A stretch of DNA of 63,841 nucleotides, filler included, from a bacterium (GCA_026985515.1; 10 parts of 10 records of this genome joined end to end with filler, not necessarily neighbours in it); one strand, 5' to 3'. Numbered from the whole stretch's first letter, positions 52,646-63,002 are shown. Translations and numbers: made by a program. Notes: generated by a model from the letters alone, not told the origin.

Positions 52646-53095
52646 TTATTTTTTCAGTGTGACCACCCAGAGAGGATAGATGTAGTGGAGTTTGTTATTA
52701 AGGTATATCTTTATCAGGTACTTACCAGGGCTCGGAAATTTTACCCCTCTCCAGGAGATAAGAAAAAATTTGGGATACTCGTCAAGAGAAATAATTTTGT
52801 TGGGAAGTACTGAGATTACTTTACCGGAACTATCCATTATCGCTGCCTTGAATAAAACCTTTCTTCTGATCTCAGATACAATAGATACAGCTGTTTCAAA
52901 ATCTGCCACTGCGGGAAAGTCGCTTTTTTTGAAATAAAGCCGGTCCTTTATGTTGAAAAAACTGTATCTTCCATCTGCTCTTGTAACTCTTTCACATACC
53001 ACAAGACCGGTTACATACATTCTCGTGGCATGAAGAGGTGTCGACAGAGTTATCAGGAATAGTACGAGGATAGAAACGAGCTTACTTCCTCCCAT
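52646..53095 (-). CDS. Hypothetical secreted protein (beta-sandwich-like)
   Basis: Signal peptide ending LHA; C-terminal PGKYLIKIYLN Ig-like strand motif; overlaps hisS end. Confidence 0.6.
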   Translation of the reverse strand: MGGSKLVSILVLFLITLSTPLHATRMYVTGLVVCERVTRADGRYSFFNIKDRLYFKKSDFPAVADFETAVSIVSEIRRKVLFKAAIMDSSGKVISVLPNKIISLDEYPKFFLISWRGVKFPSPGKYLIKIYLNNKLHYIYPLWVVTLKK

Positions 53096-54303
53096 TTAAC
53101 CTCACTCTCTTCTCCCGTTTCCATATTTTTTATTTTGATGGAATGCCTGTTGAGTTCATCTTCTCCCATTATGGCAACCAGAGATGCTCCCTTTTTATTG
53201 GCAAGTCTCAACTGTGCTTTTATACTCCCCGTTTTCCCCGTCCACATTACCGGTATCCCGTTATTTCTCAATTTTTCCATTAATTCCATTCCCTTCATCA
53301 GAGAATCCTCTCCCAGCAAAATGAAGTATAAAGGTTTTTTCTCTTCCTGTAAACCCCTTGCATTTAAAATGAGAACCAGCCTTTCAACCCCCAGTGCGAA
53401 ACCGATTCCAGGTATATCTGGACCTCCAAGTTCCTTCACCAGATGGTCATACCTTCCACCCGCAGATACAGTATTCTGAGCCCCCAGAGATTTGTGAATA
53501 AATTCAAACACAGTTCTTGTGTAGTAATCAAGACCTCTGACAAGAAAAGGATCCACCCTGTATGGAATTCCAAGTTGTTGCAATCCCTTTTCAACCTGCT
53601 CCATATGTTTCTTGCAATCCTCACAGAGAAATTCCGTTATCTCCGGACCTTCCCTTACAACTCTTCTGCATCCTTCATTTTTGCAGTCAAGGACTCTCAG
53701 GGGATTTCTCTCCAGCCTTCGCTGACATGTTTCACACAATCTCTCTCTGTTGGCTCGCAGGTATTCGACCAGTCTTTCTCTATATGCAGGACGGCATTTT
53801 TCACATCCCAGACTGTTTATTACAACCTCAATGTTGTCAATCCCCAGTTCCTTAAATAGTCTCCACTGAATAGCAATAACTTCCACATCCATCATCGGAT
53901 GTGATGGCCCAAAAACCTCCACCCCGATCTGATGAAACTGCCTGTATCTTCCCTTCTGAGGCCTTTCATACCTGAACATGGGTCCCATGTAGTAGAATTT
54001 CTGGAACTGATCCTTCTGTGGGAACTGATGTTCAAGATATGCTCTGACAACAGGGGCTGTTCCTTCTGGCCTGAGTGTCAGGGACCTGCCTCCTTTATCC
54101 TTGAATGTGTACATCTCTTTTTCCACAATGTCTGTAACTTCTCCGATGGATCTCTGGAAAAGAGAGGTTGATTCGAAGATGGGGGTTCTTATTTCTCTGT
54201 AGCCGTAAAGTTTGAAAATTTTTCTTGCTGTTTCTTCAATTTTCTGCCAGATTTCACTTTCTGGCGGGAGAATATCCTTTGTGCCTGGTGGTGCTTTTAT
54301 CAT
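53053..54303 (-). CDS. hisS: Histidine--tRNA ligase
   Basis: GTKDILP, LRPEGTA, FRYERPQKGRYRQF, LVRGLDYY, GGRYD, GVERL. Confidence 0.99.
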   Translation of the reverse strand: MIKAPPGTKDILPPESEIWQKIEETARKIFKLYGYREIRTPIFESTSLFQRSIGEVTDIVEKEMYTFKDKGGRSLTLRPEGTAPVVRAYLEHQFPQKDQFQKFYYMGPMFRYERPQKGRYRQFHQIGVEVFGPSHPMMDVEVIAIQWRLFKELGIDNIEVVINSLGCEKCRPAYRERLVEYLRANRERLCETCQRRLERNPLRVLDCKNEGCRRVVREGPEITEFLCEDCKKHMEQVEKGLQQLGIPYRVDPFLVRGLDYYTRTVFEFIHKSLGAQNTVSAGGRYDHLVKELGGPDIPGIGFALGVERLVLILNARGLQEEKKPLYFILLGEDSLMKGMELMEKLRNNGIPVMWTGKTGSIKAQLRLANKKGASLVAIMGEDELNRHSIKIKNMETGEESEVKWEEVSSFLSSYYS

Positions 54304-55484
54304 TTAACTGCTCCTGCCTGAGTTTTTATGAGATAACGTACAGCTTCTTCAACGCCCTCAACGGAAAGATGGAACATTGGAAATATTGATGCAATTATGG
54401 CAGTGGTCCAGATCCTGTTCCAGAGTTTTGGATTTTCGGGGTTCAGCCAGACAGATGAAGGAAAGCGTTTCCTCAGTTCCTCAAGGTAATCCTTGCAGGG
54501 TTTGCGGTTATAGTGCCAGTACTCTATGGCACCTCCTAAATTCATCAATTCGGAGGGAGCCATTGCTGCATCACCCACAATGATGAGATGGTAATTTTCC
54601 TCCGAATATTTGCGGATAATTTCCTCTGTTTTAACTGCTATTCTGTTCTCTATGTCTTCATAGATTTCTTCGTAGATGCAGTTGTGAAAGTAGAAAAATT
54701 TGAGGTCTCTTATCCTTGCCTTTATAGCAGAAAATAAGAGGTTCACCAGATGCGCATAGGGATCCATGGATCCCCCTGCGTCCATTAAAAGCAGAAGTCT
54801 GACACGATTTTTTTTTCTTTTCCTGAATATGAGTTCGATGTCTCCACCATTTTCACTGCTCTTTCTTATGGTGGCATCAAGATCAAGTTCATCCTCGGGG
54901 CCTTCGGGAATCAGATTTTTTAGACGGGAGATAGCTACCTGAAGCTGCCTTGTATCCATTGTTCTGTCAGGAGAGTAGTTTCTGTACTTTCTCATACGGG
55001 CAACCTGGATGGCTGTGCCCGTATTGTGATATTCCCCGAAACTGATACCCACGTCTGCAAGGCCATTTTCTCCCCAGGGGCTTGTACCCCCACTTCCAAT
55101 GTGTCTGTTTCCTCCAATATGTACATCACCATCTTCCATTTCAAGCTGGTTCTTAAATTTTTCAATAAGTTCTTCAAGATTGTAGTTGTACTCACCTCTT
55201 TTCAGGGCAAGTATCTTCTCAATGTGCTCAACGGGATACTGTTCAAAAAGTTCCCTCATCTCTTCTATTGAGAGAATATGCTCACCCGTAAATGCCTCTA
55301 TGAATGCTTCGTCAAACCGATCAAACAATTCCTCATGTTTGACAAGAATGCTTCTGGAAAGGTAGTAAAAAGTTTTTAAGTCCCCTATCAGACCCTTTTC
55401 AAGGGCTTCCTGAAGAGTGAACCATTCGTTAAGGGAAACTTTTATCCCTTTTTCCCGTAACTTGTAAAAAAAATTTTCAAACAC
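54300..55484 (-). CDS. VWA domain protein (CoxE-like), partner of the MoxR ATPase
   Basis: IGSGGTSPWG, MIDAS-like DAGGSM, YFHNC.Y, VGDAAM.P.EL, WLNP. Confidence 0.88.
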   Translation of the reverse strand: MFENFFYKLREKGIKVSLNEWFTLQEALEKGLIGDLKTFYYLSRSILVKHEELFDRFDEAFIEAFTGEHILSIEEMRELFEQYPVEHIEKILALKRGEYNYNLEELIEKFKNQLEMEDGDVHIGGNRHIGSGGTSPWGENGLADVGISFGEYHNTGTAIQVARMRKYRNYSPDRTMDTRQLQVAISRLKNLIPEGPEDELDLDATIRKSSENGGDIELIFRKRKKNRVRLLLLMDAGGSMDPYAHLVNLLFSAIKARIRDLKFFYFHNCIYEEIYEDIENRIAVKTEEIIRKYSEENYHLIIVGDAAMAPSELMNLGGAIEYWHYNRKPCKDYLEELRKRFPSSVWLNPENPKLWNRIWTTAIIASIFPMFHLSVEGVEEAVRYLIKTQAGAVK

Positions 55485-56292
55485 CTGCCAGTCGTCTCCT
55501 TGCTATTTCCACATCTCTCGTCTTTTTGAGAAGAACTCCCAGGAATGGGAGGTCCTTTGCAATCTGCTCGTCAGAGATCCTCTGGGATAACAGAACTCTT
55601 ATCCAGTCAAGAAGTTCACTTGTTGAAGGTTTTTTCCTCAGGTCAGGTATGTTTCTAATTTCGTAGAATCTTTTCACTGCTGTGTTTAAAAGTTTTTCTT
55701 CAAGGTCGGGAAAGTGAACCTTAACTATCTTTTTCATGAATTCAGGATCTGGAAATTCAATATAGTGGAAAATGCACCTCCGCAAAAATGCTTCCGGTAA
55801 TTCCTTTTCACTGTTTGATGTTATGACGACGATAGGTCTGTGTTTACCCTTGATCCATTCCCTCGTTTCGGGAATGTAGAAACTCATCTGGTCAAGCTCA
55901 TGGAGAAGATCATTGGGGAATTCCAGTTCAGCCTTGTCAATTTCATCGATCAGGAGAACCACCTGTTCATCTGAGCTCAGTGCCTGTCCGAGGGGACCCA
56001 GTTTGATGTATTGCCTGATATCTGATATATCCCTGTCTCCAAATCTTGCGTCGTTTAATCTCTGAACAGTATCATAGACATACAGTCCTTCCTGTGCTTT
56101 CGTGGTGGATTTTATGTTCCATACAATAATTTTTTTATTCAGTGCTTCTGCAATTTTATATGCAAGCATTGTTTTCCCCGTTCCGGGTTCACCTTTAACC
56201 AGTAAAGGTCTGCCAAGAATAATAGCGGCGTTAACTGCCTCCATGAGCCCAGGTGTGACAAGATAGTCATCAGTGCCTTTGAAGTAGGTCAT
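55477..56292 (-). CDS. MoxR-family AAA+ ATPase
   Basis: GEPGTGKT, LIDEIDKA, FPNDLL, TSNSEKELP.AFLRRC, KKPSTSEL. Confidence 0.93.
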   Translation of the reverse strand: MTYFKGTDDYLVTPGLMEAVNAAIILGRPLLVKGEPGTGKTMLAYKIAEALNKKIIVWNIKSTTKAQEGLYVYDTVQRLNDARFGDRDISDIRQYIKLGPLGQALSSDEQVVLLIDEIDKAELEFPNDLLHELDQMSFYIPETREWIKGKHRPIVVITSNSEKELPEAFLRRCIFHYIEFPDPEFMKKIVKVHFPDLEEKLLNTAVKRFYEIRNIPDLRKKPSTSELLDWIRVLLSQRISDEQIAKDLPFLGVLLKKTRDVEIARRRLAGV

Positions 56293-56486
56293 TTTTCTGC
56301 CTCCTGCAGGTAAATTAAGGGTTTATTTTTAACCATGATGCATTATCATTTTATCCCGACATTTAATTTTTTCAAAATGAGGCTTTTACCTTTTTGCATT
56401 TGCTTTTCATGATGACCCTGGTTTTTCTTCTGCATAACTGATGTGGTGGTGAAAAAGGAACATTTTAAAACAATTCTAAAATTGTA

Positions 56487-56515
56487 TTGACTTTTCTAAA
56501 AGTTTATTCTATAAT
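56487..56515 (+). promoter_or_regulatory. sigma70 promoter of cydA
   Basis: TTGACT-17 nt-TATAAT; SD GGAGGT before ATG 56545. Confidence 0.7.
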
Positions 56516-56544
56516 TTGAAAAAACTTTACGAGGGAGGTGACAG

Positions 56545-57903
56545 ATGAGTCCGTTAACTCTGTCACGGTGGCAATTTGCTATTACTGCTGTGTATCACTT
56601 CTTCTTTGTTCCCGTAACTCTGGGGCTTTCCATTTTTGTGGCTCTCATGGAAACCTGGTATGTCAAGACGGGGAATGAGATTTACAAAAAAATGGCAAAG
56701 TACTGGGGCAGGCTGTTTCTGATTAACTTCGCCATGGGAGTTGTAACAGGAATTGTGATGGAGTTTCAGTTTGGGCTCAACTGGGCTGAATATTCAAGAT
56801 TCATGGGTGATGTTTTTGGTGTTCCCCTTGCCATTGAAGCACTGCTTGCATTTTATCTGGAATCAACTTTCCTGGGGGTGTGGACCTTTGGATGGAAAAA
56901 ACTTTCTCCCAAACTGCATGCAGCAACAATCTGGCTCGTTGCCATCGGTTCCAATCTCTCCGCCCTCTGGATTCTCATTGCAAATTCCTTTATGCAGGAG
57001 CCGGTGGCTTATAAGATAGTCAATGGAAAGATAAATCTTATAAATTTCTGGAAGGTTGCAACCAATCCGAATATTTTTTACCAGTTTCCCCATGTCCTCT
57101 CTGCTGGAATAACCACCGCAGGTTTTTTTGTACTCGGGTTCAGCGCATATCACCTGCTCAAGAAAAGTGGAGATCTTGAATTCTTCAAAAAGTCCTTTGA
57201 GTGGGCTTACAAATATGGATTGATTGGAGCAATTCTGGTGATTGGTTTTGGTCACTTTCAGGGCGTCCATACTTTTAAAATGCAACCCATGAAAATGGCT
57301 GCTGCGGAAGCAATATGGGAAACGGAGAAACCTGCTGGGCTTTCCTTGTTTGCAATAATAGATGAAAAAAATCAGAAAAATATCTTTGACATAAAGATAC
57401 CCTATATGGCAAGCTTACTCGCTTACAATAATCCTTTTGCGGAAGTTAAAGGAATAAAGGAATTACAGAAGGAAATGGAAGAGAAATATGGTCCTGGGAA
57501 TTACATTCCGCCTGTAAATATTTCCTACTGGAGTTTTAGACTTATGGTGGGACTTGGTTTTCTGATGTTGTTACTTGGAATAATTCCATTTTTCTACAAA
57601 AGCAGGGGTTACGAGAATATGCCTCCCATTTTTCTTCAGGTTTATAAGTGGTCACTTTTCTTTCCAATTCTCGCCTGCTCCTTTGGATGGATATTGACGG
57701 AAATGGGAAGACAGCCATGGATTGTGTATGGGTTGCTTAAAGTACAGGATGCTTATTCCAAAAACCTGTCTGGTGGTACAGTTGCCTTTTCTCTGGTAGC
57801 ATTTACAGTTATATACGCTCTGCTCATTGTCGCAGAGGTCTATCTTCTCATTAAATATGGGCTTCATGCAGAACCATCAGAAGAAGTTGAAGAAGGTTAT
57901 TAA
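56545..57903 (+). CDS. cydA: Cytochrome bd oxidase subunit I
   Basis: SRWQF...YH, EFQFG, ANSFMQ.P, QPMKMAAAE, GW...EMGRQPW. Confidence 0.98.
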   Translation: MSPLTLSRWQFAITAVYHFFFVPVTLGLSIFVALMETWYVKTGNEIYKKMAKYWGRLFLINFAMGVVTGIVMEFQFGLNWAEYSRFMGDVFGVPLAIEALLAFYLESTFLGVWTFGWKKLSPKLHAATIWLVAIGSNLSALWILIANSFMQEPVAYKIVNGKINLINFWKVATNPNIFYQFPHVLSAGITTAGFFVLGFSAYHLLKKSGDLEFFKKSFEWAYKYGLIGAILVIGFGHFQGVHTFKMQPMKMAAAEAIWETEKPAGLSLFAIIDEKNQKNIFDIKIPYMASLLAYNNPFAEVKGIKELQKEMEEKYGPGNYIPPVNISYWSFRLMVGLGFLMLLLGIIPFFYKSRGYENMPPIFLQVYKWSLFFPILACSFGWILTEMGRQPWIVYGLLKVQDAYSKNLSGGTVAFSLVAFTVIYALLIVAEVYLLIKYGLHAEPSEEVEEGY

Positions 57904-57911
57904 AGGGAGGT

Positions 57912-58931
57912 ATGGAGATGTTGAATATAATATGGTTTGTTTTGATTGCTGTTCTTTTCATCGGATTCTTCTTCCTGGAAGGTTTTGATTATGGGGCTGG
58001 AATTCTTCATTTCTTCGTTGCAAAGAGTGATGAGGAGAGAAGGGTTGTTATGAACTCCATTGGACCCTTCTGGGATGGTAATGAGGTTTGGATGATAACC
58101 GCCGGGGGTGCCCTCTTTGCTTCCTTCCCGGAGTGGTATGCCACACTTTTCAGTGGCTTTTATCTCGCTCTCATTCTTATCTTGCTGGGATTGATCATAA
58201 GGGGGGTTTCTTTTGAGTTCAGGAGCAAGGTTGAAAGTGAGGGGTGGAGAAAATTGTGGGATTACACCTTTTCAATTGGTAGTTTCATAGCTGCGTTGAT
58301 ATGGGGTGTGGCAGTTGGCAATTTCCTCAGGGGAGTTCCAATAGGACCCGATAAGTACTACCATGGTGGCTTGCTTCCTCTTCTGAATCCATATGCTCTC
58401 TCTGCGGGACTGGCCATACTTTTCCTTTTTACCTTTCATGGTGCCAATTACCTTGCCATCAAGACTGAGGGACCTGTGAACGAAAGAGCAAAGGAATATT
58501 CCAGGAAAGTGTGGTGGCTTGCCCTGATTTTTACAGTGATATTCGTAATATGGTCATTCTTTGATACCGATATTTTCACCGCACCGGGTGCGTGGCTTGT
58601 TTATCTCTCAGTGGTGGTAGCTGCTGTATCCCTCATTGTTGCCGGAATTTACGCTTTTAAAGGGAAATTTGGAGCTGCCTTCGTTGGTTCTTCACTGACC
58701 ATTGTTTTCGCTGTTATAATGACATTTGCAGGGTTATATCCACGGGTAATGATTTCAACCATTGACCCAAAGTACAGTCTCACAATTTACAATGCATCTT
58801 CAAGCCAGTATACACTCAAATCAATGCTGATAGTGGCCATAATTCTTGTTCCGGTGGTCCTTGCATATCAGATCTGGACCTACTACACCTTCAGGGAAAA
58901 GGTCGGATCTGGAAAGAATCTTGAGTACTGA
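57912..58931 (+). CDS. cydB: Cytochrome bd oxidase subunit II
   Basis: LEGFDYG, IGPFWDGNEVW, FP.WYA, R...FEFR. Confidence 0.98.
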   Translation: MEMLNIIWFVLIAVLFIGFFFLEGFDYGAGILHFFVAKSDEERRVVMNSIGPFWDGNEVWMITAGGALFASFPEWYATLFSGFYLALILILLGLIIRGVSFEFRSKVESEGWRKLWDYTFSIGSFIAALIWGVAVGNFLRGVPIGPDKYYHGGLLPLLNPYALSAGLAILFLFTFHGANYLAIKTEGPVNERAKEYSRKVWWLALIFTVIFVIWSFFDTDIFTAPGAWLVYLSVVVAAVSLIVAGIYAFKGKFGAAFVGSSLTIVFAVIMTFAGLYPRVMISTIDPKYSLTIYNASSSQYTLKSMLIVAIILVPVVLAYQIWTYYTFREKVGSGKNLEY

Positions 58932-58960
58932 GGGGGGTATTTCCCCCTTTTTCTCTTTTT
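58931..58960 (+). terminator. Rho-independent terminator after cydB
   Basis: AGGGGGG-TATT-TCCCCCT hairpin followed by TTTTCTCTTTTT. Confidence 0.6.
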
Positions 58961-58974
58961 AGTAAAATTTATCC

Positions 58975-60678
58975 ATGAGTGGAAACCTCTTTTCTTTTAT
59001 CTTTTCCCAGAGAAAAGAATTGCGTAAGTTACTCATTTTCTCCTTTCTTTTCTCGCTTTCTATGATTCTCTCCTGGTATTACTTCTCAAAATTTGCGGGT
59101 AGTATTTTTTTATCAGAGGGTTTTTCCACCTCATCTGTGCGGTATTTTGTCCTTTTCCTGATCTTCCTTTTTTTGCGGGGAGTTACAGGGAGTTTGAAGA
59201 GTGAAGCGGCGGGAGGGCTTGCTGAAAAGGTAAAGGTTAATATGAGAAAGCTTGGAATGGAGAGGATTCTCACCGCCAATCCAGTAATTCTGTATGGAGT
59301 TGATAAGGGGCCACTGTTTGCTTCTCTTGGCGAGGGTGTTGAGGCCGTTGAAAGATTCGTGAGGGAGTATTTTTCAAGGATGATTCTGGTTGCCATTATA
59401 CCTTCACTTATAGTTTTGACTGTGATGTTCATCGATCCCATTTCTGCCGTTTTGATGCTTGTGACTGCCCCTGTTATCCCCTTTGTCATGTACCTTGTGG
59501 GTGATGCAACAAAGAAAAGAGTCAGAAAAAAATGGGGAGAATTTTCCTGGATGAGCGGATTTTTCTTTGATTCAATAAGAGGAATGGAGACACTGAAAAT
59601 TTTTGGACTGGGTCAGAAAAGGGCTGAAAAGCTGAAAGAGGTTTCTGATAGATACAGACAGGCTACTATGGGTGTTTTAAGAATAGCTTTTGTGTCATCT
59701 CTTCTTCTTGAACTCATATCCACAGTGAGTACGGCTGTGATAGCCGTGGAGGTTGGTCTGAGGCTCCTCTACTCAAAGATTGAATTTGTCCCGGCCTTTT
59801 TTGTAATTCTTCTTGCACCGGAGTTTTACGGGGTGTTCAGGGAGTTTGGAAGCAGATTTCACTCAGGTACAGAAGGACGGGAGGCCTTTGATCGCTGGAA
59901 GAAAATCCATGATTTGAACCTGATTGGCAGCGATGGTGTTGATGCACCTCCTGAAAGGTATGATATTGAATTTGCAGGGGTACAATTTACCTATCCAGAT
60001 GGCAAAGAGAAGGTGTTGAAAGGATTGACATTTAAAGTAAGAGATGGAGAGAAGGTGGCACTTGCAGGAAGAAGTGGGGTGGGGAAAAGTACAATTTTCA
60101 GGTTGTTGATGAAAATTTTTGATCCAGATGAGGGTGACATTTTTGTGGGGGGAGTGAACCTCAGGAATATAAAGAGAGATCTGTGGCTCAAGAGGATTTC
60201 CGTCGTTCCGCAAGATCCCTTCATTTTTAATGATACTTTGCTAAACAATATCCTGATCTTTGCACCGGAGAAAAGTAAAGAAGAGGCAATAGAAGCGGCA
60301 CGGAGAGCCGAAATAGACTTTGACAAAGATTTACCAGATGGATTTCATACCATCTTATCTTCAGGAGGCAGGGAGTTGAGCGGGGGACAGCGTCAGAGAA
60401 TAGCCATAGCCAGACTTTTTTTAAGAGATTCTCCCGTGGTTTTGCTTGATGAGTTCACCACCTATCTTGATCCTGAAACAACGGAGAAGATTAGCAGAAT
60501 TATGGAAAGGGCGCTCCATAAAAGAACTGCCTTGATAATTGCCCACAGGGTAGAGACCCTGAAAAAAGCTGACAGAGTTATCTTCATAGATGATGGTGTG
60601 GTTGCAGCTGAAGGGAAACACGAGGAACTTTTAGAAAAGTGCAAAAGATACAGGGAGCTTGTGGGTGAGGGAACTTAA
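58975..60678 (+). CDS. cydD: ABC transporter subunit CydD
   Basis: TMGVLRIAF.SS..LEL, LAPEFY...R..G..FH, GRSGVGKST, LSGGQRQR. Confidence 0.93.
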   Translation: MSGNLFSFIFSQRKELRKLLIFSFLFSLSMILSWYYFSKFAGSIFLSEGFSTSSVRYFVLFLIFLFLRGVTGSLKSEAAGGLAEKVKVNMRKLGMERILTANPVILYGVDKGPLFASLGEGVEAVERFVREYFSRMILVAIIPSLIVLTVMFIDPISAVLMLVTAPVIPFVMYLVGDATKKRVRKKWGEFSWMSGFFFDSIRGMETLKIFGLGQKRAEKLKEVSDRYRQATMGVLRIAFVSSLLLELISTVSTAVIAVEVGLRLLYSKIEFVPAFFVILLAPEFYGVFREFGSRFHSGTEGREAFDRWKKIHDLNLIGSDGVDAPPERYDIEFAGVQFTYPDGKEKVLKGLTFKVRDGEKVALAGRSGVGKSTIFRLLMKIFDPDEGDIFVGGVNLRNIKRDLWLKRISVVPQDPFIFNDTLLNNILIFAPEKSKEEAIEAARRAEIDFDKDLPDGFHTILSSGGRELSGGQRQRIAIARLFLRDSPVVLLDEFTTYLDPETTEKISRIMERALHKRTALIIAHRVETLKKADRVIFIDDGVVAAEGKHEELLEKCKRYRELVGEGT

Positions 60679-61850
60679 ATTTTTAATGAAACTCCTCAGG
60701 GGATATGGTTTTTTCATCCTGCTTTCTGTACTGGCAGGGTTTTTGACGGTACTGAGTGGTACGGGTCTTCTTTCAATCTCTGCCTATTTAATAGCTGCCT
60801 CTGCTTTTCATCCCCCTCTCTACACTCTGCAGCTGGCCATAACAGGGGTAAGATTCTTCGGATTTACCAGAGGATTTTTCAGATACGGGGAACGCATCGC
60901 CTCACACAATACAACATTTATGATACTCTCAAGATTGAGATACATTATTTTCAAAGGAGCTTACCATCACTATCCCCACGGGATAAAAACTGTGAATATG
61001 GGAGATAGGCTTTCAAGAATGATAGGTGATGTTGAGTCACTGGAGAATTTTTTTGTGAGAAGTGTTCATCCACCCTTTGTTTTTATACTGACGCTGATTG
61101 GAGGTTTTGTCTTCTTTGGCTTTTATTCTGTCAGAATTGCACACTGGAGCACTTCACTTCTTCTGAGTGGAGCAGTTGTTCTTGTGGCTGTTACTCTTTC
61201 TGCGGTGAGCAGAAAGAGAGACATAAGAAAATCCTTTTCACTGATAAGCGTAAAGGTAACTGATGCAGTAATGGGTGCCATGGAGATGTTTATATCTGGA
61301 TATGGGAAATCTTATCTGAAAGAGTTTGAAAAAGTTGTGAAAGAATATGAAGAAAAGAGAAAGTTTATGGCCTCTGCTGAGGGTTTCAATGTTTTTCTTT
61401 TTATTTTATATGCCGGATTCACGATGGCAATTTTGATCCTTGTTGCTGCCAGTGATTGGATGGATGGAATGATAAAGGGAATAAGTGTAATTGTGGTTGC
61501 CATTGCATATTACTCAATGTATGAAAGCGTACTTCCCCTTTCAGGCGCTGCAGAGATGCTTTACGAAAATCTTGAAGCGGCAAGAAGATTGAGGCCTTTT
61601 GTGATGAGTGAAGGTGAATTTAAAATCATCTCTGAAGAAACATGTCAAAAAGCGAAGATAAAAAATTATGAAATCGTAATTTCAGAACTTTCTTTTGGGT
61701 ACTCAGGTGAAAAGTTGTTGTTTGAAGAGGTGAATCTGAAAATTGGGGAAGGGGAAAGGGTGGCTGTGGTTGGTCCCTCCGGTTCTGGAAAAAGTACTCT
61801 GTTGTCTTTAATGGCTGGATTGTGGAAACCGCTAAAAGGTGAGGTGAAAA
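60659..61850 (+). CDS. cydC: ABC transporter subunit CydC, 3'-truncated
   Basis: VRFFG..RG.FRY.ERI.SH..TF, GD.LSR...DV..L, GPSGSGKST. Confidence 0.93.
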
Positions 61851-61950
61851 NNNNNNNNNNNNNNNNNNNNNNNNNNNNNNNNNNNNNNNNNNNNTTAATT
61901 AATTAANNNNNNNNNNNNNNNNNNNNNNNNNNNNNNNNNNNNNNNNNNNN

Positions 61951-62467
61951 TTACCCACCAGACAATAAAATATGCTAAATTGTGTCCCACAGCCTTCGCC
62001 CTCTTGTAAAGGTATACCGGTACAATAATAGCCCACCCTCCAAATTTTGAGGTATCGTGACCAGCCCTCTTCAAAATGATGTCATCAAGATAAGCAAGTC
62101 CAATGTTCAGCAGAAGAGTAACATACCAGAACTGACCATTTTTAACAGCAACCTGCGCCAGCAGGTCACTTCCATACTTCATTTCTGCAATTGTATATTC
62201 CAGAATAGTCCCTATAAGTGGAGCAAAGGCAAGAAACCATACTACTGTATTATTTACAGACTGTCCTTTGAGGGGAGGCGGAGAAACCTCAGATAGATAC
62301 TTTATTAATTCTGTATCCTCAATTAACTTCCACTCCTTCATCCCCTGTTTCCAGACCAGCGTACCATATGTTATCTTCCCGCTCTGGATCAGCTCTCTTA
62401 TTTCTTCTTCGTCAAAGGGACCCAATCTCTTTCCATGAGATTCGTAAAACCATACCTTTTCTCCCAT
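61951..62467 (-). CDS. GYF_2 (DUF4339) domain membrane protein, 3'-truncated
   Basis: WFY...G...GPF....I..LI..G.I...TLVW.QGM.EW, PPPL linker, TM helices with VPVYL..R; GGAGG SD before ATG 62467. Confidence 0.88.
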
Positions 62468-62490
62468 ACTTCCCTCCTGTTTTTTCCAGC

Positions 62491-62796
62491 TCAATCATAA
62501 ATTGGAACATCCATATTCAGAACCCTTTTTAAATCCTCAACTGACCCTCCCTCAACTCTCTGGACTTTAAAACCCTTCTTGATGAGTTCCTTAATGTAAA
62601 TCTTGTTGTAGATGAAAGGGAGGATAATCCATATCAATCCAAATGTTGGTATTGACAGAAGAAGTGAGAGAAAAAACCATTTAAAATCTCCCCTCACAAG
62701 CGGGACAAACACCCCAAAAAGAAGCATCCACCAGGCAAAGCCTGTGGCCGATTCTTTAATTTCTCCTGTCTGTGGATGTTTCAGAACCACCTTCAT
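62491..62796 (-). CDS. HrgC/DUF2628-like small membrane protein
   Basis: G.IK....GF.W..L.FG.FVPL.RGD.KW and PFIYNKIYIKEL..KGF motifs; SD AGGAGGTG. Confidence 0.75.
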   Translation of the reverse strand: MKVVLKHPQTGEIKESATGFAWWMLLFGVFVPLVRGDFKWFFLSLLLSIPTFGLIWIILPFIYNKIYIKELIKKGFKVQRVEGGSVEDLKRVLNMDVPIYD

Positions 62797-62828
62797 AACT
62801 GCACCTCCTGAAGATTTTTGGGAGAAAT

Positions 62829-62874
62829 AACAAGAAGTGTGCCAGAGTGGAAATATAGTAATTTCAAGCTGTTA
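62829..62874 (-). promoter_or_regulatory. Putative sigma54 promoter with adjacent IHF-like site
   Basis: Minus-strand CTGGCAC-ACTTC-TTGT (consensus TGGCAC-N5-TTGC); TTTCAA-GCTG-TTA at 62862-62874 (consensus WATCAA-N4-TTR). Confidence 0.55.
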
Positions 62875-63002
62875 TAGTAATTTGGTGGAATAAAAAATAA
62901 TTTTCTTATATAAGATTTTTATACAATAGATAAGATATTAGAAATAACTCTCCCTTTTTTTTTCGACATATGCAAATCTATAGGAAGAATTTAAGGGACT
63001 TC

